Positions 1-11,500 of a stretch of DNA of 64,000 bases are shown here, piece by piece. The notes beneath the pieces were generated by a model. The model was not told the DNA's origin. It worked only from the letters and a program-made list of their open reading frames with translations, and did not search any database. Every line of letters starts with the position of its first letter. Position 1 is the stretch's first letter. The DNA is from a virus, in IMG/VR virus record IMGVR_UViG_3300032325_000464, positions 1 through 64,000 of that record; one strand, written 5' to 3'. The translations under genes were made by a program, and so were the position numbers.

Positions 1-1871
1 GCTTCACATTGGAACACACCCTTAGTGTATCCCTCTGAAAGCATCTTGTAAATATTGGCATCTTCCATATTAACCTTAAGTAGATCAATACGCTTATTTC
101 CCTCACGCTCCTGAATAATCTTTAGAGTATCTTGCAATACGGACAGAGTCTTTAGGCCAAGTGCGTCAATCTTAATAAGACCAATACGCTCTGCTTCTGT
201 CATGTCTACCGCTACAACTGGAATACGTTCCTGTGATCCAGGTGCAGTACGAGTTTCTAGTGGAGCAAACTTAAAGATAGGCTCCTTAGAAGTTACAACA
301 CCAGCAGCGTGAATGCCCGTACCACGAATGCGCCCACGCAATTGCTCTCCATAAAGCTCAATCTCTGGATACTTTTCACGGAACTCTTCTGTAGACTTCG
401 ACATGCAGTACTCATCCCAAGTGTCTACAAGCTTTAGAACCTTGTTGACATCAGCCAGTGGAATATTTAGAACACGTGCAATGTCACGGACAACACCCTT
501 ATCTTTAAATTCTAAGAATGTTGCAATGGATGCTACGTGACGATACTGACGAACTAGATAGTCCTTAACCTCTTCACGTCTTGAGTCCTGAATGTCCGTA
601 TCAATATCTGGGAAGTCATTACGCTCGGGATTGATAAATCGGAAAAACAGTAGGCCATGTTGAATAGGGTCAATGTCAGTAATGCCCAATGCATAGCAAA
701 GCAAGGAGCCAGCAGAAGATCCACGTCCTGGCCCAACCATGATATCTTCTTTTTTAGCCCACGCAATCATAGATCGTACAACTAGGAAGTATGGGCCAAA
801 GTTCTTGTCCTTAATTACCCTAAGCTCTTCATCAAGCCGATCTAGGTAATCTTTCTTTCCATCAAGACCACGCTCTTTTAGTCCAGCTATTGCTAATTCG
901 TATAACTCTGCATCTGGGTCTTGGTACTGAACTGGAAGAAGGTCCTGGTGGTCCTTGATATCATACTCACCAATCTTGTCTACAATCTCTAGGGTAGTTT
1001 CATACATGTCTTCACGGTCAATGCCCTGGGCCCTCATGGCCTTGTGCATCTCTTCGTCTGACAATAGGTGAATCTCAAACTTGTTAAATGACATCTGCCT
1101 GTCTTCGCCATACAGGTAATCAAGCTTATCCATTAGGTTGTCATAGTCTAGGGACCCTTCGTATGTAGACTCCTTGTCAACCTTATTTGAGTAAGAGTTT
1201 AGGATTAGTTTTAGCTCCTGAATCTCTTTCTGCTTTGGATCTGAATGGTGACAGTCTGGAGTAACTACTGGCTTAATAGAAAACTCATCTGCCAAATCCA
1301 AAATTATCTTATTAATTTCTGCTGGGTTGTGTGGCATAACCTCTAGGTAGTAGTCATCTCCAAATGTTTCTTTACACCACTGAATGTGCTTCTTAGCATA
1401 GGCAAGCTCATTTGCCTCAATGGCCTTAGCCAATACGCCAGACAAGCAGCCAGAGGTAATGATTAGGCCTTCTTTATACTCCTCTAAAATCTTCCAGTCG
1501 ATACGTGGCTTCTTGTAGAAGCCCTCAGTCCAGCCAAGCTCGTTTAGCTTGTTTAGGTTCTCTAGCCCCTTGGCATTCTTTGCCAAGATAATCAAGTGGT
1601 TATAATTAAGGTCTAGTGGATCATTCTTTTCTTTTTTGTCTGTGTGATCCAAGCGGTCTTTTGTAATGTACCCCTCAATACCCAGGATTGGCTTAATGCC
1701 TGCTTCCTTAGCAGCTCGGTACATCTCACGGTGGCCTGATAGCGAGCCGTGGTCTGTGATTGCAATAGCGGTCATTCCCAGCTCTACTGCACGATCTACA
1801 TATTCTTGTGGTGTAGCAATTCCGTCAAACAAACTATAGTGCGTGTGTACGTGTAGTCCTACGTAACTCAT
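1..1871 (-). CDS. dnaE: DNA polymerase III alpha subunit (5' part; runs off the left edge)
   Basis: Read manually: MSYVGLHVHTHYSLFDG (PHP), AIAITDHG, GPGRGSSAGSLLCYALGITDIDP, RFINPERNDFPDIDTD, GIHAAGVV, GLIKIDALGL. Absent from the ORF track, presumably because it is truncated. Confidence 0.97.
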   Translation of the reverse strand, partial: MSYVGLHVHTHYSLFDGIATPQEYVDRAVELGMTAIAITDHGSLSGHREMYRAAKEAGIKPILGIEGYITKDRLDHTDKKEKNDPLDLNYNHLIILAKNAKGLENLNKLNELGWTEGFYKKPRIDWKILEEYKEGLIITSGCLSGVLAKAIEANELAYAKKHIQWCKETFGDDYYLEVMPHNPAEINKIILDLADEFSIKPVVTPDCHHSDPKQKEIQELKLILNSYSNKVDKESTYEGSLDYDNLMDKLDYLYGEDRQMSFNKFEIHLLSDEEMHKAMRAQGIDREDMYETTLEIVDKIGEYDIKDHQDLLPVQYQDPDAELYELAIAGLKERGLDGKKDYLDRLDEELRVIKDKNFGPYFLVVRSMIAWAKKEDIMVGPGRGSSAGSLLCYALGITDIDPIQHGLLFFRFINPERNDFPDIDTDIQDSRREEVKDYLVRQYRHVASIATFLEFKDKGVVRDIARVLNIPLADVNKVLKLVDTWDEYCMSKSTEEFREKYPEIELYGEQLRGRIRGTGIHAAGVVTSKEPIFKFAPLETRTAPGSQERIPVVAVDMTEAERIGLIKIDALGLKTLSVLQDTLKIIQEREGNKRIDLLKVNMEDANIYKMLSEGYTKGVFQCE

Positions 1872-1906
1872 TAACATCCTTTATTAGTTTTATATTGTGT
1901 GTAAAG

Positions 1907-1942
1907 ATTATGACATATTTTTTATACATTGTCAAGGCGTGT
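1907..1942 (-). promoter_or_regulatory. Sigma-A-type promoter for dnaE
   Basis: Minus strand ACACGCC-TTGACA-N17-CATAAT. Confidence 0.7.
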
Positions 1943-1950
1943 AAAACAAA

Positions 1951-1977
1951 TGGGGGTACCATTTATAGATACCCCCA
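1951..1977 (-). terminator. Intrinsic terminator after the SSB-like gene
   Basis: TGGGGGTA...TACCCCCA hairpin with T-rich flank. Confidence 0.65.
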
Positions 1978-1988
1978 AAAGTTTTATA

Positions 1989-2645
1989 TTACCAGTCTGT
2001 GTTAGTAGAGGTAATGGACGAAGGTCCGTCAAAGCCGAAGTAGAATGCTTCCTGCTCTGAGTAAGGAACTTCACGAACAACCTTTTCAAGATTGAAGAAC
2101 TCGTGTTCTCCCCAGGTGAATGGCTCTGTATCTGGCTTGCTTGGTAGCAAGGTGTAGTTGGTCTCAGTTCCCTGACCATTACGCTTTAGCTTCCACTCAA
2201 GATTTGAGATAGAACCAGTGTCTAGCGCATACTCACGAATGTTATTAAAAGCAGACTGCTTTGAAATACCCTGTGACCAAACAGCAACGTATGGATCCTC
2301 AGTTCCGTCATCCACTAGCACGTTACAGTAGAAACGTAGGCGTGAGCGCCATCCTGACTTTGGCTCCTTACGAGCCATCTCACAACCAAAGCAACGACCC
2401 TCTGAGTCTACGGTACATGCAGCTTTACGCTTAAAGTCCTTTGGGTTAGTGTGCTCTGAAATTACTACAGAGAGACCACGGCTCTCTGAATAGCTTGCTG
2501 AATCTGAGTCTAGCTCTTCAACAAAACGAATCTTTGCTGACTGTCCGTCTGCCAACTTGACCCAACGAACCTTTGCTCCTGTGCTTTCATATTTTGGCTT
2601 ATCGACTAATGCACCGATATCTTTTAGCCCTCTAACTATGCTCAT
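1989..2645 (-). CDS. Phage single-stranded DNA-binding protein (gp32-like, Zn-binding)
   Basis: Lies between primase and DnaE; KLADGQSAKIRF, H..C..CFGC, LKRNGQGTETNYTL, acidic/aromatic C-terminus. Confidence 0.7.
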   Translation of the reverse strand: MSIVRGLKDIGALVDKPKYESTGAKVRWVKLADGQSAKIRFVEELDSDSASYSESRGLSVVISEHTNPKDFKRKAACTVDSEGRCFGCEMARKEPKSGWRSRLRFYCNVLVDDGTEDPYVAVWSQGISKQSAFNNIREYALDTGSISNLEWKLKRNGQGTETNYTLLPSKPDTEPFTWGEHEFFNLEKVVREVPYSEQEAFYFGFDGPSSITSTNTDW

Positions 2646-2673
2646 TATTTCTCCTTGTTTTTATAATAGTTTA

Positions 2674-3603
2674 TTATTGTAGCATACTAGCAATCGCATT
2701 GTCAAATGACTCATCAAGATTTTTGATTTCCTCATCCGACATATCACCAATATCCTTATATTGTTTATCTAGTTTAATCACGCTAACACGAGATCCAAGA
2801 CGTTCAACAATCTTGTCTTTCATATTACCGCCTGCTTCATCATTGTCTGCAATAACAATAATGTTATTGAAGTATTTTTGTAGTAGGTCTGTTTGCATAT
2901 TGGACACATTAGCACCCAATGTAGCTACCGCTGGAAATCCACACTGATCTAAGCGAATAGCGTCAAAAGACGATTCTACCACATAAACACGATCTGCAGT
3001 CTTAACACGGTGAATATTAAATAAGGTCTTGCTTTTCGGCAAGCCTGGAGTGTTTTTAAACTCTTTGCCCTCAATAGATCTACCAACAAAGCCTATCTCT
3101 ATGCCGTCTGGTGAGTGAACGGGGATGGTAACCATATCTTGCTTTTCAGAAAAGCCTAGTGCAAACTTCTTTACGGACTCCTCTGTAATAAGTCTGCCAG
3201 AATAGTATCTCATTGCGCGTGGCGACTCCAGAGCCTGCTGGTTTAAACGCTTAATCAAAACCTGGTCGTATTGAACATACATGGGCTTGTCTACCAGCTT
3301 ACGACTTATATCCTGATCAAAGTTTCCCTCTTGCTCTTTGCTCTTAATAAAACGAACTGCTTCAAAGTATGTTCTAGAAGTCATGTGCATTATGAATTGA
3401 GTTAGGTCTGCAACCTTGTGGCAAGAGAAACAAAAAAATGTTCCCTTGAACTTATCGACCTCTCCAGCTGGTGAGCGAGAATTATTGTGATATGGGCAAA
3501 AGATAATGTAGTCGGAATCAATCTCTGACTCAATGGTTACCCCAGAGCCAATGAGAATACGCTTAACCTGATCTGGTGTGTAAGCTGATTTAGAATGCTT
3601 CAT
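2674..3603 (-). CDS. DNA primase (CHC2 zinc finger + TOPRIM)
   Basis: CPYH...CFSC, GFVGR, VVESSFDA, ADNDEAG. Confidence 0.92.
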   Translation of the reverse strand: MKHSKSAYTPDQVKRILIGSGVTIESEIDSDYIIFCPYHNNSRSPAGEVDKFKGTFFCFSCHKVADLTQFIMHMTSRTYFEAVRFIKSKEQEGNFDQDISRKLVDKPMYVQYDQVLIKRLNQQALESPRAMRYYSGRLITEESVKKFALGFSEKQDMVTIPVHSPDGIEIGFVGRSIEGKEFKNTPGLPKSKTLFNIHRVKTADRVYVVESSFDAIRLDQCGFPAVATLGANVSNMQTDLLQKYFNNIIVIADNDEAGGNMKDKIVERLGSRVSVIKLDKQYKDIGDMSDEEIKNLDESFDNAIASMLQ

Positions 3604-4823
3604 TACTTGTCCTCGAAGTCCTTGTACTTGTACCAGCCCTTGTCAAAGTCAGCCTGCACTAAAAACTCTCCCATAAATCCATTACGGTTTTTGCGGAATA
3701 CACATTCAATGATATCAGAATTTGCAGCACGTCCTAGGGCAAGAACCCAGTCAGCATCATAGGCAATCTGACGGGACCAAGCAGTCTGCCCAAGTGTAGG
3801 AACGGTATCTAGCTTATTGACGTCATCTGGGGTAGCTGATGAAATTGCAATGATTGGCATCTCTTCACCAATAGCCATTAGCTTTAACTCACGAGACAGG
3901 TTCTTCATACGAACAGTTTCATTGTCTGACTTTTGATTAGGAGACATTAGCTGCAAGTAGTCAACAATAATTAAGTCTGGCTTATATTGATCAATCTTTC
4001 CTCTAATAACGCTTGGCGTTACTTCTCCACCTGAGTCATTCGAAATAATATGAAACTCTGGCTTTCCAGCAAGATCTTTTTTGTGCCAACGCTTTAGGTC
4101 TTCTACGTCAATATTTCCGTTGCTAAGCTTTCTATGTGACCAAAGACCTTCTCCCATAATAGTAAATACACGGTTACGAACTTCTGTCTCAGACATTTCT
4201 AGAGATATTACTAGTGGGGACTTCCCAGCCTTCCATGCCTGTACTGCAAAATATAAAGCCATCCAAGACTTACCAATACCTGGGTAAGCAAGAAACACCC
4301 CAAGCTGTCCTGGCATAATTCCAGCAGGCAAGTAATTATCAAAGCCTGCTAGGCCAGTCTTGATGCCAACCGACCCCAACGCATTTTGCCTTTGAACATT
4401 TTCATAATATGCAACTGCATCTTCAAGGTCTGTTGCATCAATATCACGGATAGTTGATGTGTTTTTCTTAAGAGTAGATGTCTTTGTAATTAGATCTTCT
4501 AGGGCCTTTACGCCTTCTCCAGACTGAATCTCTCCAGCTGCTTCTCGGATAATATCTTTAAGACTATCGTTTAGATACTCAACCTGTAGCTCTTCTAAAT
4601 GATGCTTAGTTGCACCAATTCCATCTACTGGCTGAAAGTCACGAAACTTATCGACAACTAAATTTACTGGCGGAACGGATCCATTATTTTCAGAGTAGTT
4701 ACGAATAAACTGCCAGATGTCATTATGAGTTCGTAGCAGGTTGTCAACATTTGCCTGAAGCAATACGTGTATCTGCTTGTCCTGCAATACCGCTGTAATT
4801 AATTTGGATTCTGTATTATTCAT
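3603..4823 (-). CDS. dnaB: Replicative DnaB-family helicase
   Basis: Walker A AYPGIGKS, SLEMS, IIVDYLQLM, YDADWV, KNRNG. Confidence 0.93.
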   Translation of the reverse strand: MNNTESKLITAVLQDKQIHVLLQANVDNLLRTHNDIWQFIRNYSENNGSVPPVNLVVDKFRDFQPVDGIGATKHHLEELQVEYLNDSLKDIIREAAGEIQSGEGVKALEDLITKTSTLKKNTSTIRDIDATDLEDAVAYYENVQRQNALGSVGIKTGLAGFDNYLPAGIMPGQLGVFLAYPGIGKSWMALYFAVQAWKAGKSPLVISLEMSETEVRNRVFTIMGEGLWSHRKLSNGNIDVEDLKRWHKKDLAGKPEFHIISNDSGGEVTPSVIRGKIDQYKPDLIIVDYLQLMSPNQKSDNETVRMKNLSRELKLMAIGEEMPIIAISSATPDDVNKLDTVPTLGQTAWSRQIAYDADWVLALGRAANSDIIECVFRKNRNGFMGEFLVQADFDKGWYKYKDFEDK

Positions 4824-5127
4824 TTAGCCACGCCTTAGCTGCCTTACGGCGCTCAGCTCTCTCCTCTAGGTCTCGTTTATAGTCTTGCCTTGCTTCAATA
4901 ATCTTATCAGCATAGTTGGCAAAATACTTCCAACTTGGTGTTTGTGCTGTGGTGAAATAATATTCTAGCAGATCGTAGCAAAAAGGTAAAGTGTAAGATT
5001 CAATAAGTGCGTCTGCAGCCCATTGCTCTACGTTTAAATTTAATAGTGGCTTTTCTTCGTATCTAGCAGTATGAAATTTGCTATATCGTGAAAGCAAAGC
5101 CATTCGGTCTTTGCGTTCTACAGCCAT
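4816..5127 (-). CDS. Hypothetical protein, coupled to helicase
   Basis: ORF overlapping the helicase start within the operon. Confidence 0.7.
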   Translation of the reverse strand: MAVERKDRMALLSRYSKFHTARYEEKPLLNLNVEQWAADALIESYTLPFCYDLLEYYFTTAQTPSWKYFANYADKIIEARQDYKRDLEERAERRKAAKAWLNE

Positions 5128-5324
5128 TAGTCTTCCTGGCTCTCGGCAATCTTTTCTGTAAGCTTTGCCTCTACGTATTTATATACGCGCTCAAATGCGT
5201 CATTAGTCATTTCTCCATCTCTCTTGGAGTCTTCTACGCCAATATCAATGCGTAGCGACTGGAAATTACCCAGGTTTAATGTATAACCTAGAGACACCTT
5301 TACTTTTGTTTCGTCCATACCCAT
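5127..5324 (-). CDS. Small hypothetical protein (TLNLGNFQSLRID motif)
   Basis: RBS and translational coupling. Confidence 0.7.
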   Translation of the reverse strand: MGMDETKVKVSLGYTLNLGNFQSLRIDIGVEDSKRDGEMTNDAFERVYKYVEAKLTEKIAESQED

Positions 5325-5333
5325 ACCTCTTAA

Positions 5334-5876
5334 TTAAATTGATTCTCCCCAAATAGGGATAAACCTTCCATCTTCAGTTCTTGTATAAGTCAGTATACCA
5401 TCGCCCATACGCCTTGTCAACTCTTGTGATGAAGGAGTTATATCATTAGTTACCAGCTTATCTTTTCTTGGTCTGCCCATATGATAGGAAGCAAGTATAT
5501 CACGAATTTCTCTTACCTGGGATTCTGAGTAATAGGACCTTACTTGCCAACCTCGTGCCCCACCTTTTTGGCTGCCCATTGGAAATGGAATAATTCCCCT
5601 TTTCATTAGGGACGGCATATACTTCTTATGTCTATTGATAAGATCTGCAGTTTCTCCCACAGTAAAAGCTCTTTCACGACCTTTTTTAAAATCATTAATT
5701 AAACAGCTTTCAATTTGATCTTTTGTAATATTATAAACAGACATTATGCCATTTGATTTATTTAGGTGGTGAATTCTAACCAAGTGACCATTTAAAAACC
5801 AAACCTTTTTGTTTCCAGGTATTACTGGTAATGAGTTATAGCCTTCTTTTTCTATGCTACCCTTTTTGATAGACAT
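5334..5876 (-). CDS. MerR-like HTH DNA-binding protein
   Basis: FTVGETADLINR...GIIP...RSYYSESQV pattern. Confidence 0.6.
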   Translation of the reverse strand: MSIKKGSIEKEGYNSLPVIPGNKKVWFLNGHLVRIHHLNKSNGIMSVYNITKDQIESCLINDFKKGRERAFTVGETADLINRHKKYMPSLMKRGIIPFPMGSQKGGARGWQVRSYYSESQVREIRDILASYHMGRPRKDKLVTNDITPSSQELTRRMGDGILTYTRTEDGRFIPIWGESI

Positions 5877-5885
5877 TGGATATCC

Positions 5886-6332
5886 TTAGTTTGGGATGCC
5901 CACAATAATTAGGTTAACGGCCAAGGAAAGGTCTCCAGATGAATTAAACTTTACGATGCCATCTACCTTTGAGGTAGTTACATTTTTAATAACTACTGTA
6001 ACGTTCTTGCCAGCCTCAGTAGCATTTCCAACGATTACTGGTGTTGCAGTTACAATTGGAGCATATTTAAATTCTCCGCCAGTAAAAGAGTAAGAAAAAG
6101 ACTCCTCGTTTCCAGTGCTAACTGTTGCCCCAGATTTTACTGTAACATATCCAGCGATTATTCTTGCCTCAGATGCCTTTACGCTTTGCTTAGATCCATC
6201 AGTATCGATTGTAACGTACTTATAAGACGATGGTGAAACCTGGGATGATAGATTATTTACTGCATTAGCAATATCAGAGAGGTATGTTAGGTCTATTGGT
6301 TGACCTCGTTGTGGTAGTGGAATTTTAGCCAT
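5886..6332 (-). CDS. Virion/minor tail protein (beta-rich, H-type-lectin-like C-terminus)
   Basis: FKYAPIVTATP..VNLIIVG; end of tail operon; leaderless promoter. Confidence 0.55.
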   Translation of the reverse strand: MAKIPLPQRGQPIDLTYLSDIANAVNNLSSQVSPSSYKYVTIDTDGSKQSVKASEARIIAGYVTVKSGATVSTGNEESFSYSFTGGEFKYAPIVTATPVIVGNATEAGKNVTVVIKNVTTSKVDGIVKFNSSGDLSLAVNLIIVGIPN

Positions 6333-6346
6333 AGCCTATTATACCA

Positions 6347-6847
6347 TTAAACGGTCAGAGTGGTTGGACTATACACTCTTAGAGAGGTATTTGTTCTAGA
6401 TACTGGCACACTCTCTAGAAATATTTCAACAGTTAGCTGATTTGGCCTTAATTCCTGGTCAACTCCATTAATCGAATAGCTATCTGGAATAATAAAGTTT
6501 GTTGTGTTTGTTTGTGATTTACCGTCATATATCCAGTCACCGTTGCCTGATCTCCCCCACTTTATCCACACCTCATAATCCCTTACCTTTCCAAGAGACG
6601 CATCACCCTTTTTAATCTCTACTCTATCCCAGGTTGTAGTAACAATATCTACTGTTTTTGAAAATTTTATTTGTCCAGGAACATATGTATATTGCGCGTC
6701 TAGTAAATGTACTGGTGACCAATGTGAAATTCTGTTACGGTCTTCAGAGACTATCCTGTATCTAACACCATACCCAGCAATTTCTGAATTAATGATTGGC
6801 AAGTCTTCATTAAGAATAATTACTTTTTTAATTCCAATATCTGCCAC
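6347..6847 (-). CDS. Minor tail protein
   Basis: Tail-tip operon position; YRIVSEDRNRISHWSP. Confidence 0.55.
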   Translation of the reverse strand: MADIGIKKVIILNEDLPIINSEIAGYGVRYRIVSEDRNRISHWSPVHLLDAQYTYVPGQIKFSKTVDIVTTTWDRVEIKKGDASLGKVRDYEVWIKWGRSGNGDWIYDGKSQTNTTNFIIPDSYSINGVDQELRPNQLTVEIFLESVPVSRTNTSLRVYSPTTLTV

Positions 6848-8004
6848 TATTGCACATCCATTGCAAATCTAAACTCTATGAGGTTGGTTGTATTCGATAG
6901 CTTAGTTATAGTTTTTGAATCAATATTTTTAATTACAGAATATCCAGTTAGGCCGTATAGTGGATTTACAACAGATACGTTATCTAGTCTTAGGGCATCC
7001 AAGAATACATAAAAGTCTTCTGATACAGAGCCATTCTTCATTACAGATACATAAATTTTGGCAACGTCAACAGTGTTCCAGGTAAAGCCTGAACTTTTAT
7101 AAAGATCTTGAATATCTTTAGAAACAACTACATATCTGTTATTATTAAAGTTATGCTGCCCAGCTCCTGTTCCATTTGCTAGATTTATTTCAAACCTAGC
7201 ATACTGACCGCTAGAATCATTGTGCACGTCCGATGATGCAAACTCTAGTAATATTTTTACTGAGTCTGGAGCTGTTCCATCTGCATCTTTGCTCACTACA
7301 GAAAAAGCAAACTTTAGCTCATCTATGGGTGCATTTTTATTTAAATCAATATTTATTCCAGTTAGGTGTATGTGGCTAGACCCTGCTGCTGGCTGAAGAT
7401 GTCCGTCAACAACATTTAGTGTTGATGATGCACCAGACATTGCAATCACATTATTTAGAAATCTGCAATTCTCATATCTTGCAATTCTTGAATTATCTGT
7501 AAAAATTCTGTTGTCTGCATTTGTTTGAAATACTGGCTTTTGATATACTGGATCACCAGCCACTTCTCCGTGTATTGCGTTATCTGAATAAGTTCCATCT
7601 AGTGGTGCATAAACTGTTGGTATTAGTACTGCTGTAGTTGGATTATGATATTCCCAAGATTCGTTTTGTGTAAATGAATAAATCATTTTACTGTCGTATA
7701 GTCCAGCACTTGGGTTTGACCCTGCAGAATATACTCCTACCTCACTTATTTCATAACGCTCTTCTGTCGGTAGCTCTCCAGTAAATACAATTTTGGAAAC
7801 ACCATCCTCATTTACATATCCACGAGAAGTAATTGGAATACGAAACATCTCAAAGTCTAGTCTCTCCTTTGATGAGTAGTCACCCAAGGCTCCGTCAGAT
7901 GCCAGTGGGGTGGCTCCACAGCCAACAGCAATATATGAGGCATAGGCTGGTGCCTGACCAATTAAGTATTTTGCAAGAATGTTTTTCCCAGTATTAGTAA
8001 TCAT
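6847..8004 (-). CDS. Minor tail/baseplate protein
   Basis: MITNTGKNIL..YIAVG..ISEVGVY N-terminal pattern typical of tail-tip proteins. Confidence 0.6.
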   Translation of the reverse strand: MITNTGKNILAKYLIGQAPAYASYIAVGCGATPLASDGALGDYSSKERLDFEMFRIPITSRGYVNEDGVSKIVFTGELPTEERYEISEVGVYSAGSNPSAGLYDSKMIYSFTQNESWEYHNPTTAVLIPTVYAPLDGTYSDNAIHGEVAGDPVYQKPVFQTNADNRIFTDNSRIARYENCRFLNNVIAMSGASSTLNVVDGHLQPAAGSSHIHLTGINIDLNKNAPIDELKFAFSVVSKDADGTAPDSVKILLEFASSDVHNDSSGQYARFEINLANGTGAGQHNFNNNRYVVVSKDIQDLYKSSGFTWNTVDVAKIYVSVMKNGSVSEDFYVFLDALRLDNVSVVNPLYGLTGYSVIKNIDSKTITKLSNTTNLIEFRFAMDVQ

Positions 8005-8006
8005 AG

Positions 8007-8501
8007 TTATCCTTCATATATTGTATCATTAAGTAGCGACCCTCTAGCCACTATTTGTACTTCTACTTGTTCATCACTAGCCATATTAACAACATTAATT
8101 ATCAAATTTCCACTTGACTCATCCAGATATACTATTGGATATTCTGGGGCTGGTCCAGTGCCCTCTATTGGAATGTGGCTTTCTAGCTTAATTGGAAAAT
8201 TCTTAAAGTATGAATCTAAAGTATTTTCTAGATTAATAATATTGTTAGAGTTATATTGAGAATTAATTTTTGATAAGTTTTTTACTGGCCTATAAATAAC
8301 GCTTTGGCCATTAACCATATCATTTCTAACCATATTAATAATTTCCTGACCGCCAATATCTTCGAAAATTAAATCAGTCATTAGCTCAATTGGCAAAGAA
8401 TCATTGTCTACCAGCATTATGTCTGGTCTAGCAATTTTAATTGCTTCAGTTGCAGGAGAAATTTTAGCTGTCTCGGGCACATTAGGTGTTGACGATACCA
8501 T
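8007..8501 (-). CDS. Minor tail protein
   Basis: Coupled ORF in tail operon. Confidence 0.55.
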   Translation of the reverse strand: MVSSTPNVPETAKISPATEAIKIARPDIMLVDNDSLPIELMTDLIFEDIGGQEIINMVRNDMVNGQSVIYRPVKNLSKINSQYNSNNIINLENTLDSYFKNFPIKLESHIPIEGTGPAPEYPIVYLDESSGNLIINVVNMASDEQVEVQIVARGSLLNDTIYEG

Positions 8502-11500
8502 TAAAACACCTCGCTAAGATATAGTGTCATTTCTGGTCCCTCCGAGGATCTTGAAAATTGTATATTATAAACTACAAACCTAGTGTCAGAATCGGATATT
8601 TGCTCAAAGTCTGTTTTTGCAGTATAGTTTATTTTTACAATATCTCCCAGCTGAATGGTTGGCATTGAAAATACTTTTAGCCCAACAGCCTTTCTTGGCT
8701 TCATTACCTTTGATATTATCCACCCCATCAGGCTCTGCGCGTCATCATGGCTTTGAACATATGGTAGGTCCAAAGAAAAATCTTTTTTGCCATAAGTAGA
8801 TCTACTATTCTTAATGTCTAAATATTCTTTTTCTACTATTAGCGGTGACTTAATTATTGAGCTACCAACTAATTCTGGATTTGATAAATCACTATTTTTA
8901 GAGAAATACTCATCAACAGTTAGGTCGTGTGGCGATGCTTGAGTAAATGTTACGCCCTGGATTCTTAAATAGTTTCCACTAGAATCGTCTAGGCTTAATG
9001 CGGTATCTGTTGCATTAAAAATTAAAAACTCTGCCCCATATGGGCCAGCAATAAAACCAGAAGCGACATACCCCTTTAAATTATTATAGGTTGGTGATAG
9101 CTTTGCGTATAGTGCTGGATATGCCTTGTCATACCTTATATTGAGGTATGCTGCTTCACGCATAATTGTGCCAAATTCTTCAAAATATATTTTGTAGTCT
9201 GGCGGCTCTGATGGCTTTATTCCAGATAGGTAGGTAGACTGAATCATTCCGCTCATGGCATACTTTCTAAAAGACTCATCTACATTTATTTCGCTGTCAT
9301 CAAAAACTGCGCTAATTGGGGTGTCTAGAACATACCCAGTGCTTTTGCTATAATTGTTTGTAATAGCATAAATGTTTTCAAACATGCATCTTGCCGAACC
9401 ACGGACAAATAGTGCCATGTTATTATATATTGGCAAAGGATCATTATCATCTACGGTAGCAACAAGGCTATTGTTTATGTATAGAAAAAATCTTCTAGTA
9501 CCAGCTATTGTTTCATACTCTACTGCCAGGTCATACACTGTGGTGGCATCTTCTGCAGTTATTCTTGACTGACCAGTAAACTTTCCGCTGTCTACTATTA
9601 TTTGAGTTAGGCCAGCCCACAGCCTTACTGGTATTGCCTCAGAACTAGATGTTGTTCCAGGTGCAGCAGATTTTTTTATTTTGTAAAAAATAACATTATA
9701 AATATTTTCTGATCCAGTATAGCTGCTTGGATCATTTTCTGTTAATGCGGCAATCTCAAAATAATATCCGTTATTTGTTTCTGGATTAAGCATAACTGCA
9801 AGTCCTCCAGAGGCTGCATTGACATTAATATTTTGATCTGGAGATGAACTGTTTACAATGTAGTACGAGGTACTTCCAATAGGAGTCTGACCACGATTCT
9901 CGTTATTCTCTATTCTTCCTATAATTCTCATTCTTGTGCCAAAGTGTCTAAACTTTTCAGTTAGTGGTTTATACACATATGATATAAAATCTTTTGGAAG
10001 TGGCTTTTCTGTTGTTGCAAAAGCAGGACCATTCATTACTAATGCCGAAGACTGAATTGTTCCAGATTGAGTAGAGTATAGTCTTGCCAAATCTGTCTCA
10101 TTAACATAAGAGCTACTCATAAAGTTTTTAATTAATCCACTGCATGTAGTTTTGGCAGCAAGAATATTGTTAACTCCTGCAGCGCCAGTAGTTGTAGCTG
10201 GAACCTCTTCATCGCTAAAGAGATGAGATGACTTCATTGAACAACCTCTTAAGTTTTTGGGATCTGCCCAATATGGATCTAGCCCAGCCCTGTGCTCTAC
10301 AACATTTGTTCCAAACTGACCTCTGCCATGCTTTGCAATACTTTCTGGTATTGTTATTCCATTAACAATTTTATAGTTTGGCTCTGTATAAATTCTGACT
10401 AAGCCTGTAGGATATATTTTTCCGTTAAAAGATATTTTAGAAAAATAATTTTGATATTCTTCTACGCTTGATATCCAAACATTATTGTCAATGTAGCCCA
10501 GGCCAGTTGACTCAGATCCAGTTACAGAAGGAACGTTATACTGTACTGCATCAAATTTTATTACTTCTCCATTTGAATAGAAGTAACCGTTATACCTACT
10601 CAGCCAATAAATGCCCTCACCAAGATCCATAATGTTATTTTGAACTTTGTTGTTGGCTACATAAGGTATTTGTGCAGAAAGGTCAGAGTTGAGTGGAATG
10701 GCGCTCAGAACATACGACGACTGATTAGACAGCTCGTCATTAATTGACTTTGTGTTCTGTTCTCCCGCCACTTCCCAAAGCAGTACTGGCTTATATGTCC
10801 AGTCTTTTTCTCTATCTACCACAGCTGCTTGACCTATTGACCCATAAGTTTTTTGGATATACCTAGTTGTATATGTAATCTTTCCATCATTATAGACTTT
10901 ATTTTCATCTGATGATATCTCAGCTATATTTGAAGAGTTAATTACTCTATCAAAATCACCACCAACTACCCAGCGATTTTGACCGAAAGACCATACATAA
11001 ATTTTATTTTCTGAAAGAACCAAAAATCCCCCAGGCTGTCTGGATGTTGGTAGCTGGTCTACATGGTTTACGGAACCAGAGTATAGTATTCTACTACCAG
11101 TGGTTGAAACAATAACATCATTTCCGTATAGCGTTATGTCGGTAGCTCTGTCTGATTCTGACGGCATAATGTATCCCTTTGTCATCAAAACAAAGTTATT
11201 ATACTCATCAAAAAACATAGCCGTTTGAGTTGATATGGCTATGTCATTAAGAACTTGCGCTACAGTTTTATCTGGACCTATAAAGAAACTTGGAATTATC
11301 GGGTCTTTTTCTTCTGGTGCCCTTTTAAATACATAATTTGAAAATCCAATATTATCCAAAAGCAAAGACACGGCATAACTTACAGAAGCATTCTGAATAA
11401 ATATTTGTGGAGCAGTCAAAGACTCAAAATGAAAAAACATATCTCTTAGATCAACGTCTACCAACCTATTTGCATTATTAATTTTAGGCAATGTGTCAGA

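Noticed and set aside
554-766. 70-aa ORF in the track
   Set aside because: Out-of-frame overlap inside dnaE.
1-4823. Inteins or introns in dnaE or the helicase
   Set aside because: Conserved motifs are contiguous at normal spacing in the visible part.
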